From positions 726 to 64,725 of the forward strand of contig JAWOHT010000052.1 in assembly GCA_046485045.1 (NCBI GenBank): 64,000 bases of DNA, read 5' to 3'. Below are positions 54,294-63,606 of this stretch, piece by piece. The translations under genes and the position numbers were made by a program. This stretch comes from Bacteroidales bacterium (GTDB taxonomy: Bacteria; Bacteroidota; Bacteroidia; Bacteroidales; UBA10428). Position 1 is the stretch's first letter. Every line of letters starts with the position of its first letter. The notes below the pieces were generated by a model, which made no database searches, had not been told where the DNA came from, and saw only the letters and a program-made list of their open reading frames with translations.

Positions 54294-55259
54294 TCACATA
54301 GCCCTAAAGGACTCTATGTGAAGAAAACCTCTCAGGAATTCATCAATCAGAAGCTTCTTTTTACCTGCAAGCTGAAGGCTTTTTACATCAATATAGCCAC
54401 CCCTTGCTGCAATTCTTAATACGCTTTTTCCATCGGTTTCGATTGTACCAGGGTGCACATGGTGTTTTATTTTTATTTTACAGGCATTGTATATCTTTAC
54501 CTGGTGTTTCTCAGCGTTTGAAAAAAGTTCTGTAAATGCAGCCGGATAGGGGCTTAATCCTCTAATGAAATTATAAACTTGCTCAACAGGTTCTTCCCAG
54601 TTAATCCTGCAATTTTCTTTAAAGATTTTAGGGGCAGGCTTAATCACTTTGCCTGTTTGAAAAGATGCCTGGGGAACAGGTTCAACCTTTCCCGAAGCCA
54701 GCATATCTACAGTTTTTACTACAACTTTTGCCCCCATAACCATAAGCCTGTCATGCAGGTCGCCGGCTGTTTCTTTATCATCAATATGTGTTTTTTCCTG
54801 CAGAAGTATTTTTCCGGTATCAATCTCATGATCAATTAAAAAGGTGGTGACACCTGTTTCTTTTTCACCATTGATAACGGCCCAGTTTACCGGGGCCGCT
54901 CCCCTGTAGTCGGGCAAGAGTGAAGCATGCAGGTTGAAGGTACCCATTGGGGGCAATGCCCATACCAATGCAGGTAACATCCTGAAAGCCACAACTACGC
55001 TCATGTCGGGATGATAGGAGGTGAGCGAACTGATAAAATCAGGATCTTTGAGATTTGCAGGTTGTAATACAGGAATGTGATGTGAACAGGCAAAATCTTT
55101 CACCGGTGACGATTGAATTTTTTTGCCCCTTCCGGCAGGTTTGTCGGGTGCTGTAATTACGCAAATCACATTTTTGCCCGAACTAAGCAGCGCTTTTAAA
55201 GATTCTACGGCAAACACCGGTGTTCCCATAAATACAATCCGTAAATCTTTATTTTCCAT
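54294..55259 (-). CDS. fmt: Methionyl-tRNA formyltransferase
   Basis: Start set at MENKDLRIVFMGTP (ATG at 55259), directly after the ribBA stop. HASLLPDYRGAAP motif. Confidence 0.9.
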   Translation of the reverse strand: MENKDLRIVFMGTPVFAVESLKALLSSGKNVICVITAPDKPAGRGKKIQSSPVKDFACSHHIPVLQPANLKDPDFISSLTSYHPDMSVVVAFRMLPALVWALPPMGTFNLHASLLPDYRGAAPVNWAVINGEKETGVTTFLIDHEIDTGKILLQEKTHIDDKETAGDLHDRLMVMGAKVVVKTVDMLASGKVEPVPQASFQTGKVIKPAPKIFKENCRINWEEPVEQVYNFIRGLSPYPAAFTELFSNAEKHQVKIYNACKIKIKHHVHPGTIETDGKSVLRIAARGGYIDVKSLQLAGKKKLLIDEFLRGFLHIESFRAM

Positions 55260-55260
55260 A

Positions 55261-56526
55261 TCAGGAATCGTTTTCGGGTTTAAAATCTGAGTCATCAAGC
55301 AGGTCGAGCAAATGGCCCATTTTATTCTTTTTGGTCTTAAGGTAGAACAAGTTGTGTTCGTTTGGATGTATTTCGAGCGAAATGTTTTCGATTATTTCCA
55401 GCCCGTAACCTTCAAGTCCGGCTCTTTTTACAGGGTTATTGGTAATGAGCCTTATTTTTCCGAGGCCCAGTTCCCTGAGTATACTTGCGCCAATACCATA
55501 GTCCCTTTCATCTTCCCTGAAGCCGAGGTCGAGGTTTGCCTGCACCGTGTCGCGTCCTTCTTCCTGCAGCTTGTAAGCCTTTATTTTATTAAACAGCCCA
55601 ATGCCCCTGCCTTCCTGGTTAAGGTATACAATTACACCTTTACCTTCTTTTTCAATCAGCCTCATGGCTTCATGCAATTGCGATCCGCAGTCGCATCTGT
55701 AAGAAGCAAAAATGTCTCCCGTCATGCATGACGAATGAACCCTTACCAGAACAGGTTCGTTTTTCTCCCATTTTCCTTTTACCAGGGCTATGTGCTCCAG
55801 ACCATTCGATTTCTGAAGAAAGGGGATAAGGTTGAAGGTGCCGTATTTGGTAGGAAGTATCACTTTAGCTCCCTTAATCACAATCGAATCGAGTTTGAGC
55901 CGATATGCAATAAGGCTTTTGATAGAGATGACTTTTAGTTTGAACTTCTCTGCAATCTTTATCAGATCGGGCAGCCTGGCCATTGAACCGTCTTCGTTCA
56001 TTATTTCAACCAGTACACCGCCCGGTTTTAATCCTGCTAGTACTGAAAGGTCAATAGCAGCTTCGGTGTGCCCTGCTCTTCTTAAAACTCCCCTGCTGCG
56101 CGCTTTTAAAGGAAAGATATGTCCGGGACGACCCAGGTCCTCAGTCCGTGTTGCAGGATCAACAAGCGCGTTGATTGTTTTTGCCCTGTCGCTTGCCGAA
56201 ATGCCTGTAGAACAGCCATGCCCCAACAAGTCAACAGAAATGGTAAAAGGGGTGCCATGAAATGAGGTATTGTTACCTACCATCAGGTCAAGGTCTAGTT
56301 CGAGGCACCTCTCTTCAAGAAGTGGCACACAGATAAGACCTCGTCCGTGGGTGGCCATAAAATTTACGATTTCGGGAGTGGTGAGCTCTGCTGCTGCAAT
56401 AAAATCACCCTCGTTTTCCCTGTCTTCATCATCTACAACTATCACAACTTTCCCTGCCCTGATATCGTTTATCGCATCTTCAATATCATCGAGAATAAAA
56501 GTATCCGGTTTTTGAAACTTAGCCAT
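55261..56526 (-). CDS. ribBA: Bifunctional 3,4-dihydroxy-2-butanone-4-phosphate synthase / GTP cyclohydrolase II
   Basis: 421 aa. RibB part: [15 protein letters not shown]. RibA part: [11 protein letters not shown]...CDCGSQL. Confidence 0.9.
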   Translation of the reverse strand: MAKFQKPDTFILDDIEDAINDIRAGKVVIVVDDEDRENEGDFIAAAELTTPEIVNFMATHGRGLICVPLLEERCLELDLDLMVGNNTSFHGTPFTISVDLLGHGCSTGISASDRAKTINALVDPATRTEDLGRPGHIFPLKARSRGVLRRAGHTEAAIDLSVLAGLKPGGVLVEIMNEDGSMARLPDLIKIAEKFKLKVISIKSLIAYRLKLDSIVIKGAKVILPTKYGTFNLIPFLQKSNGLEHIALVKGKWEKNEPVLVRVHSSCMTGDIFASYRCDCGSQLHEAMRLIEKEGKGVIVYLNQEGRGIGLFNKIKAYKLQEEGRDTVQANLDLGFREDERDYGIGASILRELGLGKIRLITNNPVKRAGLEGYGLEIIENISLEIHPNEHNLFYLKTKKNKMGHLLDLLDDSDFKPENDS

Positions 56527-56659
56527 TATCTACCTTGAGTTTTCATCGAATAAACACGCAAAAGTAAAAAACTGTTACAAATATCACTAATGAAAACCAA
56601 ATTTAAAATGAATTTAGTCAGGCATCAATAATATATATAAGTATGTTGTAAGTATGGTA

Positions 56660-57832
56660 CTATCCCCTCTTTGACTTTTCCCATGCCGGAGATTGTTTGC
56701 CGCCCAAAAACCTTATCAGCCCGAGCATTATCGAAAAATTCATCATAAACAGGTAATAGGGGACAAACAGAAGTTTCATGCCGAGCCGAATGTTCTTAAA
56801 GACCATACCCAGCACAACTGCTATATAAAATAATACCTGTAGCATGAAAAAGAATAAATATAACTTTTCGTTACCATGCAATACAATAAAAAAGTTGCTG
56901 ATGAAAACCATGATAAACGAAAACGGTACGAGTGTCCATCTTAACACTTTGTGAGAAATAAACTGAAAAGAGAGCAAGCCGTGCCTGAAAATATTGAATA
57001 ATTCAGGTATACGTGTCAAGGCTTGAAAGCTGCCACTGGCAATTCTGATTTTTCTTTTCATTTCTTCTTTCATAGAGAAGGAAGCATTTTCGCAGGCATA
57101 TGCATTAGGGGCATATTTGAGTTTTTGGCCTTTAACAGCAATTGTAAGTGATATAACAAAATCATCGAGAATGATGTCTTCGTCAACTTCGCAAAACATC
57201 TCTTTTCGTATGGCAAAAAGCTCACCTACAGCTCCTGTTGTTGAATTAACAGACGATTCGAGTTTCTTGATTAAAGATTCATACATCCAGTAAATACCTT
57301 CACCGGAACTTACGGCTTTCTCTCTGTTGCCCGAATAGATTCTTTTTTCACCGGCCACGCATCCTACTTGGTCATCGCTGAATAATTTTACTATTTCTCT
57401 TATTGCTTCCCTGTTCAGGTCGGTATTGGCATCTGAAAACACAACTATAGGAGTCTTCACGTACTTCATCCCCCTGTTCATCGCATTGGTTTTGCCCTTG
57501 CGTTCTTTCTGGTGAAGCACTTCAACGTTACCATAACTTTTTAATATTTCGGGTGATCCGTCGTCTGAGCCATCGGTCACCCATAGGTGTATAAGCTTAT
57601 CTTTAGGGTAATCAAGCTGAAACGAATTTTTTAGTTTTTGTTCAATACAATCTTTCTCGTTGTATGCCGTAATAAAGAGTGTAACTTCTGGAAGATAGTC
57701 TTTGGCATAATTTGCTTTTTTCGAAAATAACCTTGTAAAGAAGTCAAAAATGATCAGGATCAGGGTATATATCAAATAAGTATAAATGATGATAAAGAGA
57801 AATATCCAGAAAAGGATTTTTAAGGCTGTCAT
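56660..57832 (-). CDS. Membrane-embedded family 2 glycosyltransferase (synthase-like topology)
   Basis: 390 aa. One N-terminal TM segment, a GT-A core (ITAYNE, FSDANTD, GAVGELF), then several C-terminal TM helices after an HKVLRW motif. Confidence 0.75.
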   Translation of the reverse strand: MTALKILFWIFLFIIIYTYLIYTLILIIFDFFTRLFSKKANYAKDYLPEVTLFITAYNEKDCIEQKLKNSFQLDYPKDKLIHLWVTDGSDDGSPEILKSYGNVEVLHQKERKGKTNAMNRGMKYVKTPIVVFSDANTDLNREAIREIVKLFSDDQVGCVAGEKRIYSGNREKAVSSGEGIYWMYESLIKKLESSVNSTTGAVGELFAIRKEMFCEVDEDIILDDFVISLTIAVKGQKLKYAPNAYACENASFSMKEEMKRKIRIASGSFQALTRIPELFNIFRHGLLSFQFISHKVLRWTLVPFSFIMVFISNFFIVLHGNEKLYLFFFMLQVLFYIAVVLGMVFKNIRLGMKLLFVPYYLFMMNFSIMLGLIRFLGGKQSPAWEKSKRG

Positions 57833-59037
57833 AGGTTCGTCTTATAGAATTCAGAAAGATTATTAACAATGGTATCGTTATTGAGTCTTTCGTTTACAAA
57901 TTTGACGGCATTTTTTACAATATCCAAATAAAAATTACTGTCTGAGCAAAGTTTTTTTGCAGCCTGCACAAAATCTTCGGGGGTGTTGGCAAGCATAATA
58001 TTTTCACTGTCTGTGAGGTCTATGCCTTCTGCACCCAATGAAGTTGATACTATTGCTTTTCCTGCTGCCAGGGCTTCAACGATTTTAACCCGCATTCCGC
58101 TGCCTGAAAAAAGCGGTACAACCATTATTCCCTTATCTTTCATGAATTCGCCTGCGTCTTCGACTTCTCCTGCAAAGTTAATATTGTGGTTTTCAAGATA
58201 TTTTTTAAGCCACAGTGGTGCATTCCTGCCTGCTACATGCAGCTGATTATCTTCACTTTCTAAGGAAATGCGTTTCCATATATTTTCTACAAACCAGGTA
58301 ATTCCCTGTTGATTTGGTATCCAGTCGAGCGAACCGATAAAGAAAAATGAGCGTTTGTTGTTTGTGCCGTAATCAACCGGGCCAGAATTACCAATATATC
58401 CGTAAGGGCATACACATATAGGTTTTTTATTACCCATTCTGTTAAATATTTCCGCATCGCGTAAGGTGATAGGCACAAGCAGGTCGTATTTGTTTACCTG
58501 GGTTAGTTCAAAGTTCTTTAACCTATTGGCAAAAATGCCCAGATACACTTTTTTTAACAGATTTTTTTCTGACTGCAGGTTTCTGAACCATATTTCATTT
58601 TCAACATTGTGAGCACGCAATGCCACCTTTGCCCCGGAATATCTGCGTACAATCTCTGCGTAAGGCATAAGGTACAGGCCTTCGAACTGAACAATATCGT
58701 AATGTTCAGCCTGAAGAAGAGTTTTAAGCTTCGCGCCGAAGTTTTTATCAATAAACCTTTCGGCATTGTATGGTAAATCTGAAAAAATAAGGTTTCGCAG
58801 GGCGCTGAGATATTTAATGTCGGTATTTACATCAACGAGATGCACTGACAGATTTTGAAACCCTCTGAAATATGCTGCCACCAATGTGCTGTCTGTTCTA
58901 TGCCTGCTGGTATTCATTGCCATAAGGCAGATTTCTGCACCTGCATTTGTTAAGCCTTTGGTAAGGTTGTGAATGGCCATTACACCGCCATCTTTCAGTG
59001 GGTATGGTACTTTATTGCATAATTGTAAAATTCTCAT
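57829..59037 (-). CDS. Family 4 (GT-B) glycosyltransferase
   Basis: 402 aa. The C-terminal region (VVPLFSGSGMRVKIVEALAAGKAIVST) matches the GT4 E-x7-E-type region. 4-nt overlaps with both neighbours. Confidence 0.75.
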   Translation of the reverse strand: MRILQLCNKVPYPLKDGGVMAIHNLTKGLTNAGAEICLMAMNTSRHRTDSTLVAAYFRGFQNLSVHLVDVNTDIKYLSALRNLIFSDLPYNAERFIDKNFGAKLKTLLQAEHYDIVQFEGLYLMPYAEIVRRYSGAKVALRAHNVENEIWFRNLQSEKNLLKKVYLGIFANRLKNFELTQVNKYDLLVPITLRDAEIFNRMGNKKPICVCPYGYIGNSGPVDYGTNNKRSFFFIGSLDWIPNQQGITWFVENIWKRISLESEDNQLHVAGRNAPLWLKKYLENHNINFAGEVEDAGEFMKDKGIMVVPLFSGSGMRVKIVEALAAGKAIVSTSLGAEGIDLTDSENIMLANTPEDFVQAAKKLCSDSNFYLDIVKNAVKFVNERLNNDTIVNNLSEFYKTNL

Positions 59038-60983
59038 GCCTGTATCTCAAGTTCGGTAAGCACAGTGGGATTATTGAAAATATTGAACACAGATTGCGAT
59101 AGTTTTTTTGCAGCAAACAGTTTTTTCCTGATATTTTTTTGCCTGATTGAAAGGTAAAGTATATAGGCCAGACCAACAGGGAAGATGATTTTAAGGAGCA
59201 GTCTGTATTTTTCAGGGATTGGCAGCCGGGGGGGGGCAAAATTCAAATATGGAAAATCGGTAAACAATGATTTGAGGTATGGAATACGCATCCACTTGCT
59301 GATAAGCAGCGCATCAAAAAACTGGTCGGAAAGTTCGCAGAGCTGGCGTTGGTTTTCAGATATTTTTATTTCAAAATTTGATTGCAAAAGGTTTTTAAAC
59401 CTCACATCCCTATTAAGATCCGAGATGCTTTTATCGGTGAGTTCAACAATAGAACCAAAAGCTTTAATTACATCTTCTTTTTCTAATTCCGAATACTTAA
59501 ACTGGCCAACAAGCTGACTTTTCTTATCGTATAGGGTGATTTTCTCAAATCCGAGAAGCCGGTTAAGAAACCTTATATATACATCAATGTTAAAGATGGC
59601 CGAGTCGGTGGTTGCCTTGTAGGTTAAAAATACACCTACGATAAGCAGGGTGAAAGAAGCCATCCACATTCCCTGAAAAGAGGAGACCACGCTTTCGCGC
59701 ACTATTTTTTCACCGGTAAGTGAAATAATATAATATATAATAAACATAAATATTGATACCACGGTAGGCATGCCCAGTCCGCCTTTTCTTATTATTGCCC
59801 CTAAAGGTGCGCCGATAAAGAGAAATATCAGACAGGCTATTGAAAGGGTAAATTTTCGGTGCCACTCGATTTCGTGCCTTCTCAACAGTTTCTTCTTGTA
59901 TTTAAGGTTTTCGCACGAACTTTCCACATAACTTTTGGTTGACCTCACGCTGTTAATTATGTTCCTCATAAGTTCATGCTGCTTTTGATAATCAAGCGTT
60001 TGATAAAGGCTGTCAACATTTAAGGGAGGTGTTTTTTCAGATTGTTTTTGTTCGTTTTCGTTTATTCCAGACTTTAAGTGCTTGTTCTTAAAAAGGTTAT
60101 AGGTGAGCAATGTTTTGGCAAACTGGTTCTCCCTAATGCGCAGGTCGTTGTTTAACGAATCGGTAACATCAGATAACTGTATAATGCTCATCATATGGTA
60201 GTCGTTCTTGAAGAGATTTTCATCAGTCCGCTGAAGGCCGAAACCTGTAAGCTCAATGATTATCCGTTGTTCTTTAAATTTATCTGTGCGGTGGGGATAT
60301 GTTTTCGGGATTTTTCTCCTGTCTTCTTCCTGTTCGTTATAACTATAACCGCTCCACAGGTTAATCAGTAAGTTGTTTTCGTCAGCAGTCATTTTCATAT
60401 AGCCCGAGTCTGCAATTATCACTGATACATTTCCTCTTTTCTGTGTATGGTCGTATATCTTCAGGCCATACAAGATGTTCGTTTGCGGGTTTTTTTTGGT
60501 GATTCTGATGCTGTAGTCGTCAATACCATTGTAAAACTCGCCTTCCCTTATCTGTAGTTCCGGACGCTGTTGTTTAACATCCCATAAAAGGGCGCGCATT
60601 TTAAGATTGGTATATGGCAAAACATAATTTGAAAAGAAAAACGCCCCGATGCTGATAAAGATAACCAGTATGATAAGCGGCATCATAATCTTTTGTAAAG
60701 AAATGCCTGAAGCCTTTATGGCGGTGAGTTCATAATATTCTCCAAGGCTGCCGAAAGTCATTAACGACGACATAAGAATAGAGAGTGGCAGTGCAAGTGA
60801 AACAAGACTGGCCGAAGTATAAAGCAGCAACTCTGCAACAATATTCAATTCCAATCCCTTACCTACAAGGTCGTCAATGTACCTCCAAAGGAACTGCATA
60901 ATCAGCACAAACATTACAATAAAGAATGTGAGTACAAAAGGACCCAGAAAAGATTTAATCACCAGCCGGTATAAACGTTTCAC
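59034..60983 (-). CDS. LptF/LptG (YjgP/YjgQ) family permease with a large insertion and a C-terminal extension
   Basis: 649 aa. The N-terminus MKRLYRLVIKSFLGPFVLTFFIVMFVLIMQFLWRYIDDLVGKG is typical of the family. It is much longer than the roughly 360-aa canonical size. Confidence 0.75.
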   Translation of the reverse strand: MKRLYRLVIKSFLGPFVLTFFIVMFVLIMQFLWRYIDDLVGKGLELNIVAELLLYTSASLVSLALPLSILMSSLMTFGSLGEYYELTAIKASGISLQKIMMPLIILVIFISIGAFFFSNYVLPYTNLKMRALLWDVKQQRPELQIREGEFYNGIDDYSIRITKKNPQTNILYGLKIYDHTQKRGNVSVIIADSGYMKMTADENNLLINLWSGYSYNEQEEDRRKIPKTYPHRTDKFKEQRIIIELTGFGLQRTDENLFKNDYHMMSIIQLSDVTDSLNNDLRIRENQFAKTLLTYNLFKNKHLKSGINENEQKQSEKTPPLNVDSLYQTLDYQKQHELMRNIINSVRSTKSYVESSCENLKYKKKLLRRHEIEWHRKFTLSIACLIFLFIGAPLGAIIRKGGLGMPTVVSIFMFIIYYIISLTGEKIVRESVVSSFQGMWMASFTLLIVGVFLTYKATTDSAIFNIDVYIRFLNRLLGFEKITLYDKKSQLVGQFKYSELEKEDVIKAFGSIVELTDKSISDLNRDVRFKNLLQSNFEIKISENQRQLCELSDQFFDALLISKWMRIPYLKSLFTDFPYLNFAPPRLPIPEKYRLLLKIIFPVGLAYILYLSIRQKNIRKKLFAAKKLSQSVFNIFNNPTVLTELEIQA

Positions 60984-61057
60984 CCTTATTAAGATTTTCT
61001 GTGTAAGTAAAACGACAACAAAATTAAGATATTATTTTAATGACAGGGCAAAATGTA

Positions 61058-61435
61058 TCAGATACCCAGCACCTGTTTTAATTTGGCAATCTGTGAATTC
61101 CATAATTCAATGGTATCTGTTTTTTCTTCTTCTTCTGCAAAATCGGTTATCACCAGTGCTACATCGCCTGTAAGTTCATCCATTGAAATCCTGAACTCAA
61201 AATATGTGTTGGGATCGTCCTCTTCGAGCCAGTGAAAACGTATGTATCGGTTTTCTTTCTTCTGAACCACTTCTGCAAGGTTCTCCATGTTGTTCCATAT
61301 AAAATTGAAGGTTTTGCCTTTTACATTCACATCATCTGCAAACCACTCTGTCAGCCCTCCCGGGGTGCTAAGCCTTGGATAGAGAATTTTTGGGGAGGAA
61401 TTCAGGGTATATTCGAGTAAGATTCTTTTTTTCAT
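61058..61435 (-). CDS. START-like (SRPBCC-fold) small protein
   Basis: 125 aa. The pattern LEYTLNSSPKILYPRLSTPGGLTEWFADDV...IRFHW...FEFRI...LVITDFA matches my recollection of the Bacteroidota START-like domain family. Confidence 0.5.
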   Translation of the reverse strand: MKKRILLEYTLNSSPKILYPRLSTPGGLTEWFADDVNVKGKTFNFIWNNMENLAEVVQKKENRYIRFHWLEEDDPNTYFEFRISMDELTGDVALVITDFAEEEEKTDTIELWNSQIAKLKQVLGI

Positions 61436-61584
61436 GTTTAATTAATTAACACCATTATGACAGCGATGCAATATATGAAAAAATGTTTTATAAAAAAACT
61501 TATTGAATAATATCTTCTTTTATAGTGCAGGCGGGCAGGATACTAAATTTCAAAGACGTAAAAATGTTTTGGAGCGTCAACATT

Positions 61585-61615
61585 TTTGTGTTTAATAAAG
61601 AAAGTTTTATATTTG
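61585..61615 (+). promoter_or_regulatory. Consensus Bacteroidota sigma-A promoter upstream of the tRNA locus
   Basis: TTTG at 61585-61588, a 19-nt spacer, then TATATTTG at 61608-61615. Both boxes match exactly. Confidence 0.65.
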
Positions 61616-61691
61616 CAGCCTCTTAAAATCTCTCCCCGGTAAAAGCTTTGGAGTTCAGATATCTCCTGTGCTTAAGCTTGGGAGATCAAAG

Positions 61692-61767
61692 GGCGAGGTA
61701 GCTTCCCGATGTATCGGGGTTAGAGCGTCCCGATGCAAATCGGGAAGGTCGGGAGTTCGGTTTGGTG
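61692..61767 (+). pseudogene. Truncated, hairpin-substituted copy of the downstream tRNA(CAT)
   Basis: Three blocks are identical to the real tRNA: GGCGAGGTAGCT, TTAGAGCGT and AGGTCGGGAGTTC. The D-loop is replaced by TCCCGATGTATCGGGG and the anticodon arm by TCCCGATGCAAATCGGGA. There is no complementary T-stem 3' strand or acceptor 3' strand. Confidence 0.6.
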
Positions 61768-61778
61768 ATTGACAATAT

Positions 61779-61852
61779 GGCGAGGTAGCTCAGATGGTTA
61801 GAGCGTATGATTCATAATCATGAGGTCGGGAGTTCAATTCTCCCTCTCGCTA
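61779..61852 (+). tRNA. tRNA with CAT anticodon (elongator Met or lysidine-dependent Ile2)
   Basis: Cloverleaf folded by hand. Acceptor stem GGCGAGG / TCTCGCT has two G-U pairs. D arm GCTC / GAGC. Anticodon arm TATGA / TCATG with loop TTCATAA. T arm GGGAG / CTCCC with loop TTCAATT. Discriminator A, no encoded CCA. The anticodon stem lacks the initiator-type GGG/CCC. Confidence 0.85.
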
Positions 61853-61863
61853 CACTGAAAATA

Positions 61864-61899
61864 AAGCACTTACAGAAAATAATTGTAAGTGCTTTTTTC
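61864..61899 (+). terminator. Intrinsic terminator after the tRNA
   Basis: 11-bp stem AAGCACTTACA / TGTAAGTGCTT with a 9-nt loop, followed by a T run. Confidence 0.75.
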
Positions 61900-62030
61900 T
61901 TTTGAATACACAATTGAATACACATCTTTGATTTTAGCAACAAAAAAACGGCCTTACATCGAGCAAAAAAGAGGGAGTTAACCCCCCTTTTTTTATAGGG
62001 TTTAACACTTGTTAATAATCAGTAAGTTAA

Positions 62031-62063
62031 ATAAAAAACCCCGATCAAACTCGTTGACCGGGG
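62031..62063 (-). terminator. Intrinsic terminator ending the small-ORF operon
   Basis: On the minus strand, CCCCGGTCAA / TTGATCGGGG form a 10-bp stem with one mismatch and a 5-nt loop, followed by TTTTTTAT. Confidence 0.55.
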
Positions 62064-62088
62064 GCAGACAAAACAAAGAGAGTAGAAC

Positions 62089-62709
62089 TTAACAAATAAT
62101 TCTTTCAGCTTTTCCATTTTTTATAAGGTATGCCAGTTTTTTACCATCCAATTCAAACCGATTTTTTTCAAAACGAAGGCCGGTACTCTGGGCGATCTGT
62201 TGACCTGTAAATACTCCTGACAAATATTCCCGGTCAATGTGTACGTTCAGAATATCCCGGAGCTGCTCCCAGAGTTGAAGGGTTTCAAGCTGCTCCGGGG
62301 TTTCGGCAAAGGTGCGAAATTGTTCGCAATCCGCTTGCAACACGGTTTCGTTCACTTCAAAGCTTGCATCTTGCCAGGTAAACAAATGTTTTTGCGCCGG
62401 AACCAACCTAATACTTTTCACAGCCTCAACAAATTTTTGCCTGTTTAACCCGTACATCTGGCAAATGATTGAAACGTCAATTTTCAGTCCAGGGATACGC
62501 TTCGTGCCGGTTTCTTTTATGATAACATTATCATAATGAGCAATCGGATCCGCCACGAATTCCATTGCCTGATCTTCGCTTTCAATCCTGACAAAAGGCT
62601 GGTATTGGTGAAAACTGGCAATCGCTGCATTTAGATTGCTGCAAAGTGAATGAACTGCTTTGCTGTGGCTCTGTATGGCCACGTCATTTGAATAAATTAA
62701 CTTTTTCAT
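62089..62709 (-). CDS. Hypothetical protein, no recognisable family
   Basis: 206-aa ORF, last gene before the terminator. The coding call rests on length and operon context only. Confidence 0.5.
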   Translation of the reverse strand: MKKLIYSNDVAIQSHSKAVHSLCSNLNAAIASFHQYQPFVRIESEDQAMEFVADPIAHYDNVIIKETGTKRIPGLKIDVSIICQMYGLNRQKFVEAVKSIRLVPAQKHLFTWQDASFEVNETVLQADCEQFRTFAETPEQLETLQLWEQLRDILNVHIDREYLSGVFTGQQIAQSTGLRFEKNRFELDGKKLAYLIKNGKAERIIC

Positions 62710-62736
62710 TTTCTTATTGTATTAAAATTTTGACTT

Positions 62737-62889
62737 CTATTTCTTTTTCCTTCGCTTCACTCCTCGAATTTCAAGCTTTTCAATTTTCATAATCTCAGGC
62801 TTTTCCCATTTTTCGGGCTTCGTCTTTTCAGTTTCCGGGACCAGCCAGCTGAGCTGGTTTTGTCGCATCAAATTATTCAGTGTACTCAT
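62737..62889 (-). CDS. Possible 50-aa small protein
   Basis: Hand translation: MSTLNNLMRQNQLSWLVPETEKTKPEKWEKPEIMKIEKLEIRGVKRRKKK. Its ATG overlaps the upstream stop as ATGA (62886-62889). Not in the ORF track. Confidence 0.3.
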   Translation of the reverse strand: MSTLNNLMRQNQLSWLVPETEKTKPEKWEKPEIMKIEKLEIRGVKRRKKK

Positions 62890-63302
62890 TGGTTAAAAGA
62901 TTTTTTAATATTCACCAAGTCTTTTTTCAGGTTGACAATTTTGCTCATAATACTGCCAGCCGTCGGCTCTGAGGGTGGAATAATCTTTTTTAATATCCCA
63001 GCCTCAAATAGCAATTCCGATCCATCACCCAAAACATAACTGCCCGCTGCCGGAATTCCCGCAACCGTAGCTTTATCACCTACCTGAATGTTATCAGGAA
63101 CGTTAACCTGCGAAAAATCGAGCTCATTGCCAAGTACATCCTGCAATAGGCATGCCTGAACTTTCACTTCAATTGACTGTTTGAACGTGTGAGAAGGCCC
63201 CAACGATTTATTGAGTACTGTCCTTTTGAATACCAGGTTTACTACTGGTTTTTTGTACTTTGCGTCAATCGCTGCGCGCTGTTCTACTGTAAAATTTTTC
63301 AT
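62886..63302 (-). CDS. Hypothetical protein, no recognisable family
   Basis: 138-aa ORF in the same tight minus-strand array. Confidence 0.5.
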   Translation of the reverse strand: MKNFTVEQRAAIDAKYKKPVVNLVFKRTVLNKSLGPSHTFKQSIEVKVQACLLQDVLGNELDFSQVNVPDNIQVGDKATVAGIPAAGSYVLGDGSELLFEAGILKKIIPPSEPTAGSIMSKIVNLKKDLVNIKKSFNQ

Positions 63303-63318
63303 TTGTATAAATATTTAA

Positions 63319-63606
63319 TTATTCATTTGCCATTTTGGAAATTTCTTCAGCGGTTCGCTTGCTTTGAACCGAAATGATTTTGCTTTCAACCGTTTCCGGG
63401 GCGTTATAACAAATTAAAACGTCGTCTTCATCAGGCCTTTTTTCGGTTTCCCGCCAAACTCCCTGAATGCTCTGGAAATATTTACCATTCTCAAACCAAA
63501 ACACGTCAGGCGAACCCTGTTTAATAATCCTTTTTACTGCGGTTTTGTCGCCTGACAGCACGGCCTTTAAGAATTCAACTTTGTCTTTTTTAGTTTTCAT
63601 CTTCAT
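63319..63606 (-). CDS. Hypothetical protein, no recognisable family
   Basis: 95-aa ORF that overlaps the upstream ORF by 17 nt. Confidence 0.45.
   Translation of the reverse strand: MKMKTKKDKVEFLKAVLSGDKTAVKRIIKQGSPDVFWFENGKYFQSIQGVWRETEKRPDEDDVLICYNAPETVESKIISVQSKRTAEEISKMANE

Noticed and set aside
56527-56659. Looked for an FMN riboswitch upstream of ribBA
   Set aside because: The 133-nt upstream region is AT-rich and lacks the GC-rich conserved RFN core helices, so no riboswitch is called.
61629-61687. Acceptor-like pairing ATCTCTC / GGGAGAT enclosing a GGAG-loop-CTCC hairpin, possibly a third tRNA remnant
   Set aside because: At 59 nt it is too short for a tRNA. It has no D or anticodon arm and no block identity to the real tRNA. 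It may simply be leader secondary structure.
61965-61995. GAGGGAG near the island edge as a possible att repeat of the tRNA 3' end (CTCCCTC)
   Set aside because: Only about 7 nt are shared, and in inverted orientation. This is far below what an attachment-site duplication would show.
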